Shown piece after piece: positions 19,568-29,873 of a stretch of DNA of 64,000 bases. The notes under the pieces are model-generated. The model searched no databases. It was not told the DNA's origin and worked only from the letters and a program-made list of their open reading frames with translations. Location of the stretch: assembly GCA_003141555.1 (NCBI GenBank), contig PLMN01000015.1:9411-73410 (forward strand), written 5' to 3'. Position 1 is the stretch's first letter; the number at the start of each line of letters is the position of its first letter. This DNA comes from Candidatus Aminicenantes bacterium (lineage in GTDB: Bacteria > Acidobacteriota > Aminicenantia > Aminicenantales > UBA4085). Position numbers and translations under genes: made by a program.

Positions 19568-21025
19568 ATGACCATGACGACGGATGAGCTTCAGCCGGCT
19601 TCTCTCTGGAAGCATTTCGATCGCATCATCAAAATTCCCCACGGCTCGGGGAGCGAGAAAGCCCTGGGCGATCACGTGCTCGCTTATGCCAAAAGCCTGA
19701 ATCTTGCGGGCGCCCGGGACAAGACGGGCAACATCATCGTTCGCAAGCCCGCTTCCGCCGGCCGGGAAAGCTCGCCGCCGACCGTCCTTCAGGGTCATCT
19801 TGACATGGTCAACGAGAAGAACTCGGACGTGGCCCACGACTTCACCAAGGATCCGATCACGGCCGAGGTCAAAGACGGTTGGATGCACGCTGTGGGAACG
19901 ACGCTCGGCGCCGACAACGGGATCGGGCTCGCAGCCGCGCTCGCCGTCATGGAGGATACGTCGCTCCTCCACGGCCCTCTCGAATTCCTGTTCACCGTCG
20001 AAGAAGAGACCGGCCTGACCGGCGCGCGCACCATCGCCCCCGGATCGCTCAAGGCCAAGTATCTGCTCAACCTCGACAGCGAGGAGGAAGGGACTTACAC
20101 CATCGGCTGCTCCGGAGGGGGGGACTCCGAGATCTCCCTCCCCTTGAAGCGTAAAGCCGCATCGATGAAAAGCGCCTTCCGCCTGAAGATCTCCGGCCTT
20201 CGCGGCGGGCATTCCGGCCTCGACATCAGCCAGGGCCGGGCCAATGCCTTGAAGCTCCTGGCCCGGTTGCTCGTCCTTGCCGCGGCCCGGCTGCCCATCC
20301 AGCTCCTCCGGATCGAGGGCGGCAACAAGCGGAATGCCATCCCCCGCGAGGCCTGGGCCGATTTCCTGCTCGCCCCGGCGAAGATCCCGGCCCTCCAAGC
20401 GCTCCTCGACAAGGTCGGGGCCGACATCCGCTTCGAGTTCGGCTCCGTCGAGGCGCAGTTCCAGGGGCGTCTTGAGGAAATTCCGAGGAAGGCATCCGAC
20501 GCGCCCATGACCGCGGCCTCCCAGGCGGCCTTGATCGGTTTCCTCAATGCCTGCCCCCACGGCGTCCAGCGGATGCACCCCGAGATCGCCGGGCTGGCCG
20601 AGTCCTCGACCAACCTGGCTATCGTCCGCACGGCCAAAGCGAAAGCCGAGATCATCTGCAGCAGCCGCAGCCCGATCGGCCCGGCCCTCGAAGCGATCCG
20701 GGCTTCGCTCAAATCCCTGGCCGTCCTTGCGGGGGCGAAGATCCGGCAGCCCGAAGCCTACCCCGGCTGGGCGCCGAACCTGCAATCGCCCCTTCTCCAG
20801 AAGATGAAGGATGTCTACCGCAAGACGTTCAACCGCGACGTCCGGGTCGTCGCCGTCCATGCGGGCCTCGAATGCGGGATCATCGGCGAGAAATTCCCGG
20901 GCATGGACATGATCTCCCTGGGCCCGACGATCGCCCATCCCCATTCCCCCGAAGAAGGCGTCGAGATCGCCTCGGTAGCCGCATTCTGGAAGCTTCTGAC
21001 CGCGGCCCTCCAAGAGCTTAGCTGA
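19568..21025 (+). CDS. pepD: Aminoacyl-histidine dipeptidase (M20C)
   Basis: LQGHLDMV, TLGADNGIG, EEETG, NLDSEE, GGHSG, HAGLECG, HSPEE; SD GGAGG. Confidence 0.92.
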   Translation: MTMTTDELQPASLWKHFDRIIKIPHGSGSEKALGDHVLAYAKSLNLAGARDKTGNIIVRKPASAGRESSPPTVLQGHLDMVNEKNSDVAHDFTKDPITAEVKDGWMHAVGTTLGADNGIGLAAALAVMEDTSLLHGPLEFLFTVEEETGLTGARTIAPGSLKAKYLLNLDSEEEGTYTIGCSGGGDSEISLPLKRKAASMKSAFRLKISGLRGGHSGLDISQGRANALKLLARLLVLAAARLPIQLLRIEGGNKRNAIPREAWADFLLAPAKIPALQALLDKVGADIRFEFGSVEAQFQGRLEEIPRKASDAPMTAASQAALIGFLNACPHGVQRMHPEIAGLAESSTNLAIVRTAKAKAEIICSSRSPIGPALEAIRASLKSLAVLAGAKIRQPEAYPGWAPNLQSPLLQKMKDVYRKTFNRDVRVVAVHAGLECGIIGEKFPGMDMISLGPTIAHPHSPEEGVEIASVAAFWKLLTAALQELS

Positions 21026-21181
21026 AGATCGAGGCGTCGGAGAGGCGATTTCTCCGCTCGGACCGCCGAGCGGTCGGGCTGAGATCCTGCCGCCCGGCGC
21101 TCCCCTTGTTCGAGCCCGCCGTCTTGATTATTCCTGCGGATTTCTCTACCATGAAGCCAGCCTGTCCGGAAAGGAATTGAC

Positions 21182-24100
21182 ATGTCGAAGAAAACGCGTT
21201 TGTTCCTTGTCCTTGGTCTTGTCTGCCTGGCCTGTCTTCCGGGATGTTCCAAGAAAAAGAATCCTGCGCGCGTGCCGCCGCCGCCCGGCGAAGTGAAGGG
21301 CGAGCTTCGCGTCACGCTCGTCACCCCCCTAGGGCAAACCAAGGCCCTCCGAGAGGCCGAGGAAATCGTGGTGATCTTCGACCATCCGATGGCTTCCCTC
21401 GAGCCGCTCCCGCTCGATGAATCGACGTCCTTCCTCAAGCTCGAACCGGCCAAGGACGGGACCTACCGCTGGATGGGCACCAAGGCGCTGTCCTTCACCC
21501 CCAAAGAGCGCTTTCCATTCGCCACCGAGATCAAGATGACCGTCCCCGCCGGGACCCGGTCGAACGACGGCTATGTCCTGAAACAGGATTATTCCTGGAC
21601 CTTCAGTACCACCCGCCCCCAGCTCGTCGGCCATATGCCCGAATCCGGCGCCGAACAGCAGCACCTCGATCTGCCGTTCAGCCTGATCTTCAACCAGCCG
21701 GTGAGCGAAAGCGATGTCCGGAATTTTATTTCCCTCACGGGGACCTCGGACGCCGGCGCCGGAGAGACGGATCTCCCCTTCTCGCTGTCCCATCCGAGCG
21801 CGGCCGAGCTCAATGAGTCCGGGATTTCCCACGCTCCGGCCGATGTCCTGACGCTCCGCCCGGCGGGCCCGCTCAAGCCGGATTTCCGCTATGAAGTCGA
21901 GGTCAAGGCCGGGCTCAAGGGCCGGGAGGGCGGCCTGGGAATGGAGAAAGCATCCACCTTCGATTTTCAGACCTTCAAGACGTTCGCCTTCACGGGGCTC
22001 GATGACGCCGAGGATCATGTCCCCAACGAAGCCTGCCTTTTCAGGTTCACGAACAACGTCGCCACCAAGGATTTCACGGCTAAGCTCAAGTTCGAGCCCA
22101 AGGTTGAAATCCCGACGTACTATGAGGATTGGGACCAGAGCAGCCGCGAGATCTGGCTCAATCTCCCCCTCAAGCCCGAAACGAAATATGTGGTGATCAT
22201 CCCCGCCGACCTGAAGGACGAGTTCGGGAACGCGCTGGGCAAGGATGTCCGGGTGGAGCTCAAGACGGCCGCCTTCGCTCCCATGATCCGGATGACGACC
22301 GGACAAGGTGTCCTCGAATCCTACGCCGATCTCAACTACCCTCTTTACGTGGTAAACGCGGACCAGGTTCGCCTCCAGGCCGCCCGGGTCTCCCGGGACG
22401 CGGTCCTTCCCTTGATCCGGACCGATAATGCCTTCCGTTCGAGCGAGAGCTTCCTGCCCCCGGGCGGCTACCAGGTCGACAAGGCGCTCGCGTTCAAGCT
22501 GCCCCGCAACGTGAGGCAGTTCGTCCCGCTCAACGTCAAGGAGCTTCTAGGCGACAAGTTCGGCCTACTGTTCATCCAGCTCGACACGGCTTCGGAGGAC
22601 AAATGGAGTCGCTATCCCAAGGCTTTCCTCCAGGTCACCGAGCTGGGCATCACCGGCAAGTTTTCGGCCGAGGCCGACCTTGTCTGGGTCACGGAGCTTC
22701 GTACGGGGCAGCCGGTTGCCGAGGCTGAGCTCGAAATCCGGAACGACGCCAACGCCGTCCTCTGGACGGGCCGAACGGACAAGGACGGCAAGGCGGAGGC
22801 GCCCGGCTGGAAATCGCTCGGGTTGAAGGCGAAGGACGCCTGGAGCAAGCCCCGGCAGTGGGTCTTCGCCCGCCGGGGCGCGGACGTGGCGTTCGCCTCC
22901 TCGGACTGGGGGACGGGGATCGATCCCTACCGGTTCAACATTCCTTACGACTGGGCGCCCGAGCCCGAAAAGTACCGCGGGACTGTCTTTTCCGAAAGGG
23001 GAATCTACCGGGCGGGCGAAACCGTCCACCTGAAGGGAATCGTCCGGAAGAACGTCAAGGGCCAATGGCGGCTGCCGACCCTCCGTGACGTGGGCTGCGA
23101 GATCAAAGATCCCTTCGAGAAATCCGTGTTCAAGGGCCGGGCGCCGCTCGATGCCTTCGGCTCATTCTCGCTCGATTTCGAGACGCGCCCCGACGCCCCG
23201 CTCGGGACGTATTCCCTCTCCGCGGCGATTCCTCCCGAAGCCCCCGGTGAGAAGGAGCTGCGGATCAACGAATCCTTCCGGGTCGAGGCCTTCCGCCCGG
23301 CCGAGTTCGAGGTTCACCTTCGTTCGCTTCAGGACAGCTTCGTCTTCGGCGATGCCTTCCAGGCCGAAGTCCGGGGCGTTTATCTCTACGGCGGACCCAT
23401 GGCCGGGCAGAAAGCCACCTGGACGCTGCGGCTCAACGCCGCCTCCTATGCGCCCCCCGATCATCCGGGCTACGCGTTCGGGATGCAGATGGAAGCCTCC
23501 TCCGACGAGGATAACCTGGCCGAGAAGAGCCGCCTGCTCGCCTCCGGCGAAGCGGCCCTCGGGCCCGACGGCAAGATCGACGTCAAAACCAACTTGATCC
23601 CCGAAAAGGAGGGCGGCACCGTCAGCGCCACGCTCGAAGCGACGGTCCTGGGACCCAGCCGCCGATCGGTCTCCGACCGGATCCAGACGTTTGTCCACCA
23701 GGGGGATTTCTACATCGGCCTGAAGCCGGGAACATCCTTCTTGAAAGAGGGCGAGGCGCTTCCCGTCCAAGTGATCACGACCTCGGCAGGCGGCGCGGCC
23801 TCGGCCGACCGCAAGGTGACGGTTAAGCTTGTCCGCCGCGAATGGCATTCGACCCGCAAGGCCGGCGTCGGGGGGCGTTTCAAATGGCATACGGAGAAAG
23901 TGGATACCGAGGTTGCGTCCCAGGACGTCCGGACAAAGGCCGAACCCGTCGAGGTGTCCTTCAAGCCGGAAAAGGCCGGGTTTTACCTCGTGACGGCGTC
24001 CGGCCAGGACGGCCGCCGGAACGCAGTGACGACGGCCACCGACGTCTATGTCACCGGGAAGGACTACGTCCCCTGGCAGCGCCGGGATGACGACGCCCTC

Positions 24101-26857
24101 GACCTGGTCGCCGACCGCGACCGCTACAAGCCGGGCGATACGGCCCGGATCCTGGTGAAATCGCCCTATGAGAAGGCCAAGGCGCTCGTGACCGTCGAGC
24201 GCGAGTCCATCCTCACGTCCCGAGTCATCGAGATCCAGGGCAGCGCGAGCGAAATCGAGATTCCCGTGACCTCGGACCTGATCCCGAATGCGTTCGTCTC
24301 CGTGATCCTCGTCCAGGGCCGGACCAAGGCTTCCTCCGACGCGACGACCGAGGACATCGGCAAGCCGTCGTTCAAGATCGGTTACGCCGGCTTGTCGGTC
24401 GATCCCTCCGAGAAGCGCCTTGCCGTGGACGTGTCGCCCGACAAGAAAGCTTACAAGCCGCGCGATGCCGTCACGATCAACCTCAGGGTGAAGGATGCGA
24501 AAGGCGCCGGCGCGCCGGCCTCGGTCGCCGTGGCTGCGGTGGACGTCGGCGTCCTGAACCTCATCGGCTATCAGACGCCCGATCCGTTCGCCGGCTTCTA
24601 CGGCGAGCGGCCCCTGTCGGTGGAGACCGCGGACACGAGGCTGAACGTCGTCGGCCAGCGGAACTTCGGGGAAAAGGGCGAAAACGCCGGCGGAGGCGGA
24701 GGCGCCGAGGCGATGGGGATGGCCGGCCTCGGGCAGGTCCAGCTCCGCGGCGATTTCAAATCCACCGCCTTCTGGAACGCGTCGGTCGCGACCGACGCCA
24801 AAGGCGAAGCGGTCGTCCGCTTCACCCTCCCGGACAACCTGACGACGTTCCGGGTCATGGCCGTGGCCCAGACCAAGGATTCCCTGTTCGGGAATGGGGC
24901 CGCCGACTTCAAGGTAGCCAAGCCCCTCCTCCTCCTGCCGTCCATCCCGCGCTTCGCCCGGGTCGGCGACACGTTCCAGGCGGGGGTCGTCGTGAGCAAT
25001 TTCTCGGACCGGAAAGGAACGGTCAAGATCGGATGCGATGTCAAGGGGATCAAAGCGGCCGACGCGGCCGCCCCGCGCGAGATTGTCCTCGGCCCGGGAG
25101 AGTCCCGTGAAGTGCTCTACGCCCTAGAGGCGGAGCGGCCGGGGCGGGCGAATCTCGCCGTTCGGGCGAAGATGGGCGAGGATTCCGACGGCCTCGAGAT
25201 CGGCTTCCCGGTCGAGATGCCGCGTCCGACGGAAACCGTGGCCACGTTCGGCGAGGTCACCCAGGAGCCGAAGCATGAGACGATCGGCCTTCCCGACTCG
25301 ATCTATCCCGAGCAGAGCCGGATCGACATCCTGGCTTCGGCCTCGGCCTTAACCGGCCTCGGCGGCACGGTCGAATTCCTGGCCGATTACCCCTACCTCT
25401 GCCTCGAGCAGAGGCTGTCGGCGGTCCTTCCGTTCATCATCGCCCCGCAAGTCATCCGGGATTTCAAGATGAGCCCGCTCGAGGACAAGGAAATCCGGCG
25501 ACGGGTTATCGAAACGATCAAAACCGTCTACTCTTATCAGAAGGACAGCGGCGGGTTCGGGCTCTGGACGGATTCCGTATCGGAATCGCCGTTTGTCTCC
25601 TGCTATGCGCCCTTCGCCCTGATGAAGGCCCAGGCGGCCGGATATGATGTCGACGCCGGGCGCCTGGAAAACGCCCTCAACTTCCTGAAGAATTTCGTCA
25701 AAGCCAAGCTCGACCGGAATCTCTATCCCTACGATGCCCGGAGCTGGACGAGCGTCCAGGCCTTCGCCCTCTACGTGCTGGCCTACGCCGGCCGGCCGCA
25801 GCCGGCTTACGTCGAGAAGCTCTATCTCGAACGGGATTCCCTGACCCTGTTCGGAAAAAGCTGCCTCCTGAAGGCTCTTCACCTGGGGAACGGCAGCCCG
25901 GACGCCGAAGCCGCCCTCCGGACGGGCCTGCTCAACAAGATCAAGATCACGCCCTCGCAGGCCCATTTCGAGGAAGATGATGAGGCCTCCCTGCGCTGGA
26001 TCTATTCGTCCCATACCCGGACGACCGCGGTCGTCCTCCAGGCCTTGATCGAAACCAGGGCCTCCGTTCCCGTCCTCCTGGATGTCGTCCGGTGGCTCGT
26101 CGAGGAGGGGCGGACGGGCCGCTGGCGCTCCACCCAGGAGAATTTCTTCGTCTTCTATGCTTTGAGCGATTTCTACAAGACGGCGGAAAGTGTCCGGCCC
26201 GACTTCAAGGCCGAGGTCAACCTCGCCGGGAAACGGCTCCTCCAGGAGGCGTTTACGTCGGTGACCCAGGCCGCGCGCGCCTCGTCGCCGCTCGCCGAAT
26301 TCAAGGTCGCCAAAGGCCTGGGCCTTGATTTCTCCAAAACGGGTCCGGGAACCTTTTATTACGGCGCCCGCCTGACCTATTCGCCCAAGAGCATTCTCGC
26401 CCCGCGGGACGAAGGCTTCGCCGTCTACAAGTCGCTCGAGTCGACGGACGGCAAGCCGCTCGATGAGATCAAGGCCGGCGCCGTCGTCGTGGTGGTCCTC
26501 CGGGTCGTCGTCCCGAAGGAAAGCCTGTTCGTCGTCGTCGACGACCCGCTGCCGGCCGGATTCGAGGCCGTGGACGGGACGTTCCTGACCGAGAGCGACG
26601 AGCAGCAGCGGCGCCTTAGCGCCCTGAGCGACTCCGACGAGGAGCCGTGGTGGCAGGGATTTGACCACATCGAGATCCGCGACAACAAGGTGCTCCTGTT
26701 CGCCGATTCCCTGATGCCCGGCATTCATACCCACCGCTATCTCGCCCGGGCCTTGACCTTCGGCCAATTCGCTCTGCCCGGCACCAAGGCCGAGGCGATG
26801 TACGAGCCCGAGGTCTTCGGCCGGAGCGTCGAACGGTCGGTGAAGATCGTGAAATGA
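21182..26857 (+). CDS. Alpha-2-macroglobulin lipoprotein with N-terminal Ig-like domains
   Basis: Lipobox LPGC; YRAGETV, FRPAEFEV, FTLPDNLTTFR, thioester motif CLEQ, DDPLPAGFEAV; adjacent to pbpC. Confidence 0.92.
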   Translation: MSKKTRLFLVLGLVCLACLPGCSKKKNPARVPPPPGEVKGELRVTLVTPLGQTKALREAEEIVVIFDHPMASLEPLPLDESTSFLKLEPAKDGTYRWMGTKALSFTPKERFPFATEIKMTVPAGTRSNDGYVLKQDYSWTFSTTRPQLVGHMPESGAEQQHLDLPFSLIFNQPVSESDVRNFISLTGTSDAGAGETDLPFSLSHPSAAELNESGISHAPADVLTLRPAGPLKPDFRYEVEVKAGLKGREGGLGMEKASTFDFQTFKTFAFTGLDDAEDHVPNEACLFRFTNNVATKDFTAKLKFEPKVEIPTYYEDWDQSSREIWLNLPLKPETKYVVIIPADLKDEFGNALGKDVRVELKTAAFAPMIRMTTGQGVLESYADLNYPLYVVNADQVRLQAARVSRDAVLPLIRTDNAFRSSESFLPPGGYQVDKALAFKLPRNVRQFVPLNVKELLGDKFGLLFIQLDTASEDKWSRYPKAFLQVTELGITGKFSAEADLVWVTELRTGQPVAEAELEIRNDANAVLWTGRTDKDGKAEAPGWKSLGLKAKDAWSKPRQWVFARRGADVAFASSDWGTGIDPYRFNIPYDWAPEPEKYRGTVFSERGIYRAGETVHLKGIVRKNVKGQWRLPTLRDVGCEIKDPFEKSVFKGRAPLDAFGSFSLDFETRPDAPLGTYSLSAAIPPEAPGEKELRINESFRVEAFRPAEFEVHLRSLQDSFVFGDAFQAEVRGVYLYGGPMAGQKATWTLRLNAASYAPPDHPGYAFGMQMEASSDEDNLAEKSRLLASGEAALGPDGKIDVKTNLIPEKEGGTVSATLEATVLGPSRRSVSDRIQTFVHQGDFYIGLKPGTSFLKEGEALPVQVITTSAGGAASADRKVTVKLVRREWHSTRKAGVGGRFKWHTEKVDTEVASQDVRTKAEPVEVSFKPEKAGFYLVTASGQDGRRNAVTTATDVYVTGKDYVPWQRRDDDALDLVADRDRYKPGDTARILVKSPYEKAKALVTVERESILTSRVIEIQGSASEIEIPVTSDLIPNAFVSVILVQGRTKASSDATTEDIGKPSFKIGYAGLSVDPSEKRLAVDVSPDKKAYKPRDAVTINLRVKDAKGAGAPASVAVAAVDVGVLNLIGYQTPDPFAGFYGERPLSVETADTRLNVVGQRNFGEKGENAGGGGGAEAMGMAGLGQVQLRGDFKSTAFWNASVATDAKGEAVVRFTLPDNLTTFRVMAVAQTKDSLFGNGAADFKVAKPLLLLPSIPRFARVGDTFQAGVVVSNFSDRKGTVKIGCDVKGIKAADAAAPREIVLGPGESREVLYALEAERPGRANLAVRAKMGEDSDGLEIGFPVEMPRPTETVATFGEVTQEPKHETIGLPDSIYPEQSRIDILASASALTGLGGTVEFLADYPYLCLEQRLSAVLPFIIAPQVIRDFKMSPLEDKEIRRRVIETIKTVYSYQKDSGGFGLWTDSVSESPFVSCYAPFALMKAQAAGYDVDAGRLENALNFLKNFVKAKLDRNLYPYDARSWTSVQAFALYVLAYAGRPQPAYVEKLYLERDSLTLFGKSCLLKALHLGNGSPDAEAALRTGLLNKIKITPSQAHFEEDDEASLRWIYSSHTRTTAVVLQALIETRASVPVLLDVVRWLVEEGRTGRWRSTQENFFVFYALSDFYKTAESVRPDFKAEVNLAGKRLLQEAFTSVTQAARASSPLAEFKVAKGLGLDFSKTGPGTFYYGARLTYSPKSILAPRDEGFAVYKSLESTDGKPLDEIKAGAVVVVVLRVVVPKESLFVVVDDPLPAGFEAVDGTFLTESDEQQRRLSALSDSDEEPWWQGFDHIEIRDNKVLLFADSLMPGIHTHRYLARALTFGQFALPGTKAEAMYEPEVFGRSVERSVKIVK

Positions 26858-29118
26858 AGCGACGCCGCGGCCTTCGGGCCGTGCTCTTCGTCCTTTTAGG
26901 GACGGCCGTCGCCGCAGGCGCATCGTTCTATGTCCCGATCGCCCGCCGGCGCCTCGACCCGAAGCCGGTCGTCTCCCTCCGGATCGAGGACCGGGCCGGG
27001 ACGCTTCTTCGCGAGGTCCTTTCGGACGAAGGCGGGCGGTGCCGCTGGGTCGGGCTGGCGGAGATCTCCCCCGCCCTGATCAGGGCGACCATCGCGGGCG
27101 AGGACCGCCGCTTCCTCGACCACGCCGGCGTGAACCCCTACGCGGTCGTGCGGGCTTTCTTCCAGAACCTCAGGAGCGGCCGCGTCGTCTCGGGCGCGTC
27201 GACCATCACCCAGCAGGTCATCCGGAACATCTACCGGTTCCGCCGGGATATCTTCGCCAAGGCGCGCGAGGCGTGGCTTGCCGTCCGACTCGAGCACACG
27301 CTCTCCAAGGACCAGATCCTCGTCCAGTATCTCAACCGCATCTCCTACGGAAACCAGGCCTTCGGCATCGAGGCTGCGGCGCGCTTGTATTTCGACAAGC
27401 CTGCGTCCGACCTCAGCCTGGCCGAGTCGGCCTTCCTCGCGGTCCTCCCCCGGGCTCCTTCGGAGCTGAATCCCTACAGGAACCCGGCCGCCGTCGAGCG
27501 CCGCCGGAAGGAGCTCCTGGTCCGGATGCGGGATCTCGGCGACGTCTTGCCCGCGGACGCCGACCGGGCCCTCGGCGAGGCGCTCGTCCTCAAGCCCGCC
27601 GGCGAGCAGTTCCGGGCGCCCCATTTCTGCGATATGGTCCTTGAGAGCTTCCCCCCGGCCGAGCGCCGGAGCTTGTCCGTAATCCGCACGACGCTGGATC
27701 TCGGGCTCCAGATGAAGGTTGAAAAGCTCCTGGCCGGCCACCTGTCCACGCTCGAGAAGAAGGGCATCACCAACGCGGCGGCCGTCGTGCTGGACAATGC
27801 GAGCGGCGAGATCCTCAGCCTGGCGGGCTCTCGCGATTTCTTCGACGACCGCTTTGACGGGCAGGTAAACGGCGTCACGTCGCTCCGCCAGCCGGGCTCG
27901 ACGATGAAGCCCCTGACCTATGCCCTGGCTCTCGAGCGGGGCATGACCGCCGCCACGATCCTGGAGGATGTCCCCACCCAGTTCTCGACTCTCGAGGGCA
28001 GCTTCACTCCCGAGAACTACGACGAGAAATTCCACGGGCCGATCCGCCTCCGGAGCGCGCTGGCCAGCTCCTACAACATCCCCGCGGTGGCCGTCCTCCA
28101 GGCCGTCGGCCCCGACCTCCTGTACCGCCGCCTCAAGGACCTCGAGTTCGACAGCCTCAAGAAATCCTCGGAATACTACGGCGTCGGGCTGACCCTCGGC
28201 AACGGAGAAGTCACGCTCCTCGAGCTCGCCCGGGCCTACGCGACATTCGCCCGCGGCGGCTTGTACCAGCGGGACGTCGTGTTGCGCGGGCTGCGTCGCA
28301 AGGACGGCGCGGCGGCCCGGCCCGACCCGCCCCCGAAAACCCGGCGCATCTTCAGTCCCGAGGTCTCGTATCTCGTCACCCATATCCTGGCCGACAAGGA
28401 CGCCCGCATCCCGACGTTCGGATACAATTCGCCGCTAGATTTCCCCTTCCCCGTCGCGGCCAAGACGGGGACGTCGAAGGATTTCCGCGACAATTGGACG
28501 ATCGGCTACACGCCCCGCTGGACGGTCGGCGTCTGGGCGGGCAACTTCGACGGCCGGCCGATGGAGAACGTTTCCGGCATCTCGGGCGCGGGGCCGCTGT
28601 TCCGGGACATCATTCTCCTTTTGGCCGCGGGCCGCCGGGATTCCTTTGTCGAGCCCCCGGGCCTCGTCCATGCCGCGATCTGCCCCGTCTCGGGGCTGCG
28701 CCCGTCGCCCCGGTGCCCGGCCACGATGGACGAAATTTTCCTGCCGGGGACCGAGCCCGCGGGCGTCTGTTCCCTGCCCCACCGAAAGACGCGCGCCCCC
28801 ATCGTGCCTGCGTCCCTCGGCCCGAGGCTCCCGAAATCGGAGGTGACCATCGTTTTTCCCCAGGACGGGGACATCTTCAAGCTCGATCCCGTGCTCCGGC
28901 CGGAGTACCAGACGATCAGCCTCCAGATCCGGCTCGCCGACGGCGTGAAGGCCGCGGGCGTCGAATGGTGGATTAACGGCCGGAAGGCCGGCGCTGAGGG
29001 GCCGCCGTTCCGTTTTGCCTGGAAACTCGCGCCGGGTTCTTATACAATAAAAGCGCGCGGCCTCACCCCTACGGGAGCCCTGGACAGTCCCCCGGTGAAG
29101 GTCCTGGTCCTGTCATGA
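26854..29118 (+). CDS. pbpC: Penicillin-binding protein 1C
   Basis: EDRRF, GASTITQQ, RQPGSTMKP (SxxK), SYN, KTGTS; coupled to the A2M gene. Confidence 0.93.
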   Translation: MKRRRGLRAVLFVLLGTAVAAGASFYVPIARRRLDPKPVVSLRIEDRAGTLLREVLSDEGGRCRWVGLAEISPALIRATIAGEDRRFLDHAGVNPYAVVRAFFQNLRSGRVVSGASTITQQVIRNIYRFRRDIFAKAREAWLAVRLEHTLSKDQILVQYLNRISYGNQAFGIEAAARLYFDKPASDLSLAESAFLAVLPRAPSELNPYRNPAAVERRRKELLVRMRDLGDVLPADADRALGEALVLKPAGEQFRAPHFCDMVLESFPPAERRSLSVIRTTLDLGLQMKVEKLLAGHLSTLEKKGITNAAAVVLDNASGEILSLAGSRDFFDDRFDGQVNGVTSLRQPGSTMKPLTYALALERGMTAATILEDVPTQFSTLEGSFTPENYDEKFHGPIRLRSALASSYNIPAVAVLQAVGPDLLYRRLKDLEFDSLKKSSEYYGVGLTLGNGEVTLLELARAYATFARGGLYQRDVVLRGLRRKDGAAARPDPPPKTRRIFSPEVSYLVTHILADKDARIPTFGYNSPLDFPFPVAAKTGTSKDFRDNWTIGYTPRWTVGVWAGNFDGRPMENVSGISGAGPLFRDIILLLAAGRRDSFVEPPGLVHAAICPVSGLRPSPRCPATMDEIFLPGTEPAGVCSLPHRKTRAPIVPASLGPRLPKSEVTIVFPQDGDIFKLDPVLRPEYQTISLQIRLADGVKAAGVEWWINGRKAGAEGPPFRFAWKLAPGSYTIKARGLTPTGALDSPPVKVLVLS

Positions 29119-29128
29119 GGAGAATCGA

Positions 29129-29599
29129 ATGAAACGGCGCAATGCCCTGATCGCGCTCGGAGGCCTGAGCGCGGCCGCGGCCGGAGTCCTGTCCGGACAG
29201 TCGGCAAGGAGTCAAAACATGAAGAAAGTCGTCAAGACCGAAAACGCTCCCCAGGCAATCGGCCCCTATTCCCAGGCCATCATCGCCAACGGGCTTGTCT
29301 TCTGCTCGGGCCAGATCCCCCTTGTTCCCGAAACCAACGCGCTCCTTTCGGGTGCGATCGAAGACCAGACCCGTCAGGTCCTTAAAAACGTGGCGGCCGT
29401 GCTCGCCGCGGCCGGGTGCTCGTTCGACGACGTGGTCAAGTCGACGGTCTTTCTTCAGGACATGAACGACTTCGCGGCCATGAACAAGATCTACGGCGGG
29501 GCGTTCAAGGAGCCCTTCCCGGCCCGGTCCACGGTCCAGGCGGCCCGGCTGCCTCGCGACGTCAAGGTCGAGATCGAAGTCATCGCCCTGGCGAAATAG
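29129..29599 (+). CDS. ridA: RidA family enamine/imine deaminase with an N-terminal Tat-like extension
   Basis: APQAIGPYSQA, SGQIPL, PARSTVQAARLP...VEIE; second SD+ATG at 29219. Confidence 0.88.
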   Translation: MKRRNALIALGGLSAAAAGVLSGQSARSQNMKKVVKTENAPQAIGPYSQAIIANGLVFCSGQIPLVPETNALLSGAIEDQTRQVLKNVAAVLAAAGCSFDDVVKSTVFLQDMNDFAAMNKIYGGAFKEPFPARSTVQAARLPRDVKVEIEVIALAK

Positions 29600-29648
29600 G
29601 GCGATCCGGGCTGGACTTCCGGCCCCGGGTTTCCTACAATATCGGCTC

Positions 29649-29867
29649 ATGCCTCTCTATGAATTCTTCTGCGACGACTGCCGCCGCCGTTTCGAGACCC
29701 TGACCCGGATCGGCGGCGAAGCCGATGTCCGGTGCCCGACCTGCGGCCGGGGCAAGGTCCGCAAGCTCGTTTCCGCCTTCGGGATCGGCGGCGGCGGGAG
29801 CCGGCTCAAAGCCTCCGGGAGCGGTTGCTCCACGTGCTCGAGCTCCTCCTGCAGCACCTGCCACTAG
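29649..29867 (+). CDS. FmdB family zinc-ribbon protein
   Basis: MPLYEFFCDDC...CPTCG, plus a C-terminal CSTC..CSTC. Confidence 0.85.
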   Translation: MPLYEFFCDDCRRRFETLTRIGGEADVRCPTCGRGKVRKLVSAFGIGGGGSRLKASGSGCSTCSSSSCSTCH

Positions 29868-29873
29868 CCCGAA

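Noticed and set aside
18485-21013. 842-aa minus-strand ORF
   Set aside because: Only the last 309 aa are ZnuA; the rest is an antisense shadow of pepD, common in GC-rich DNA.
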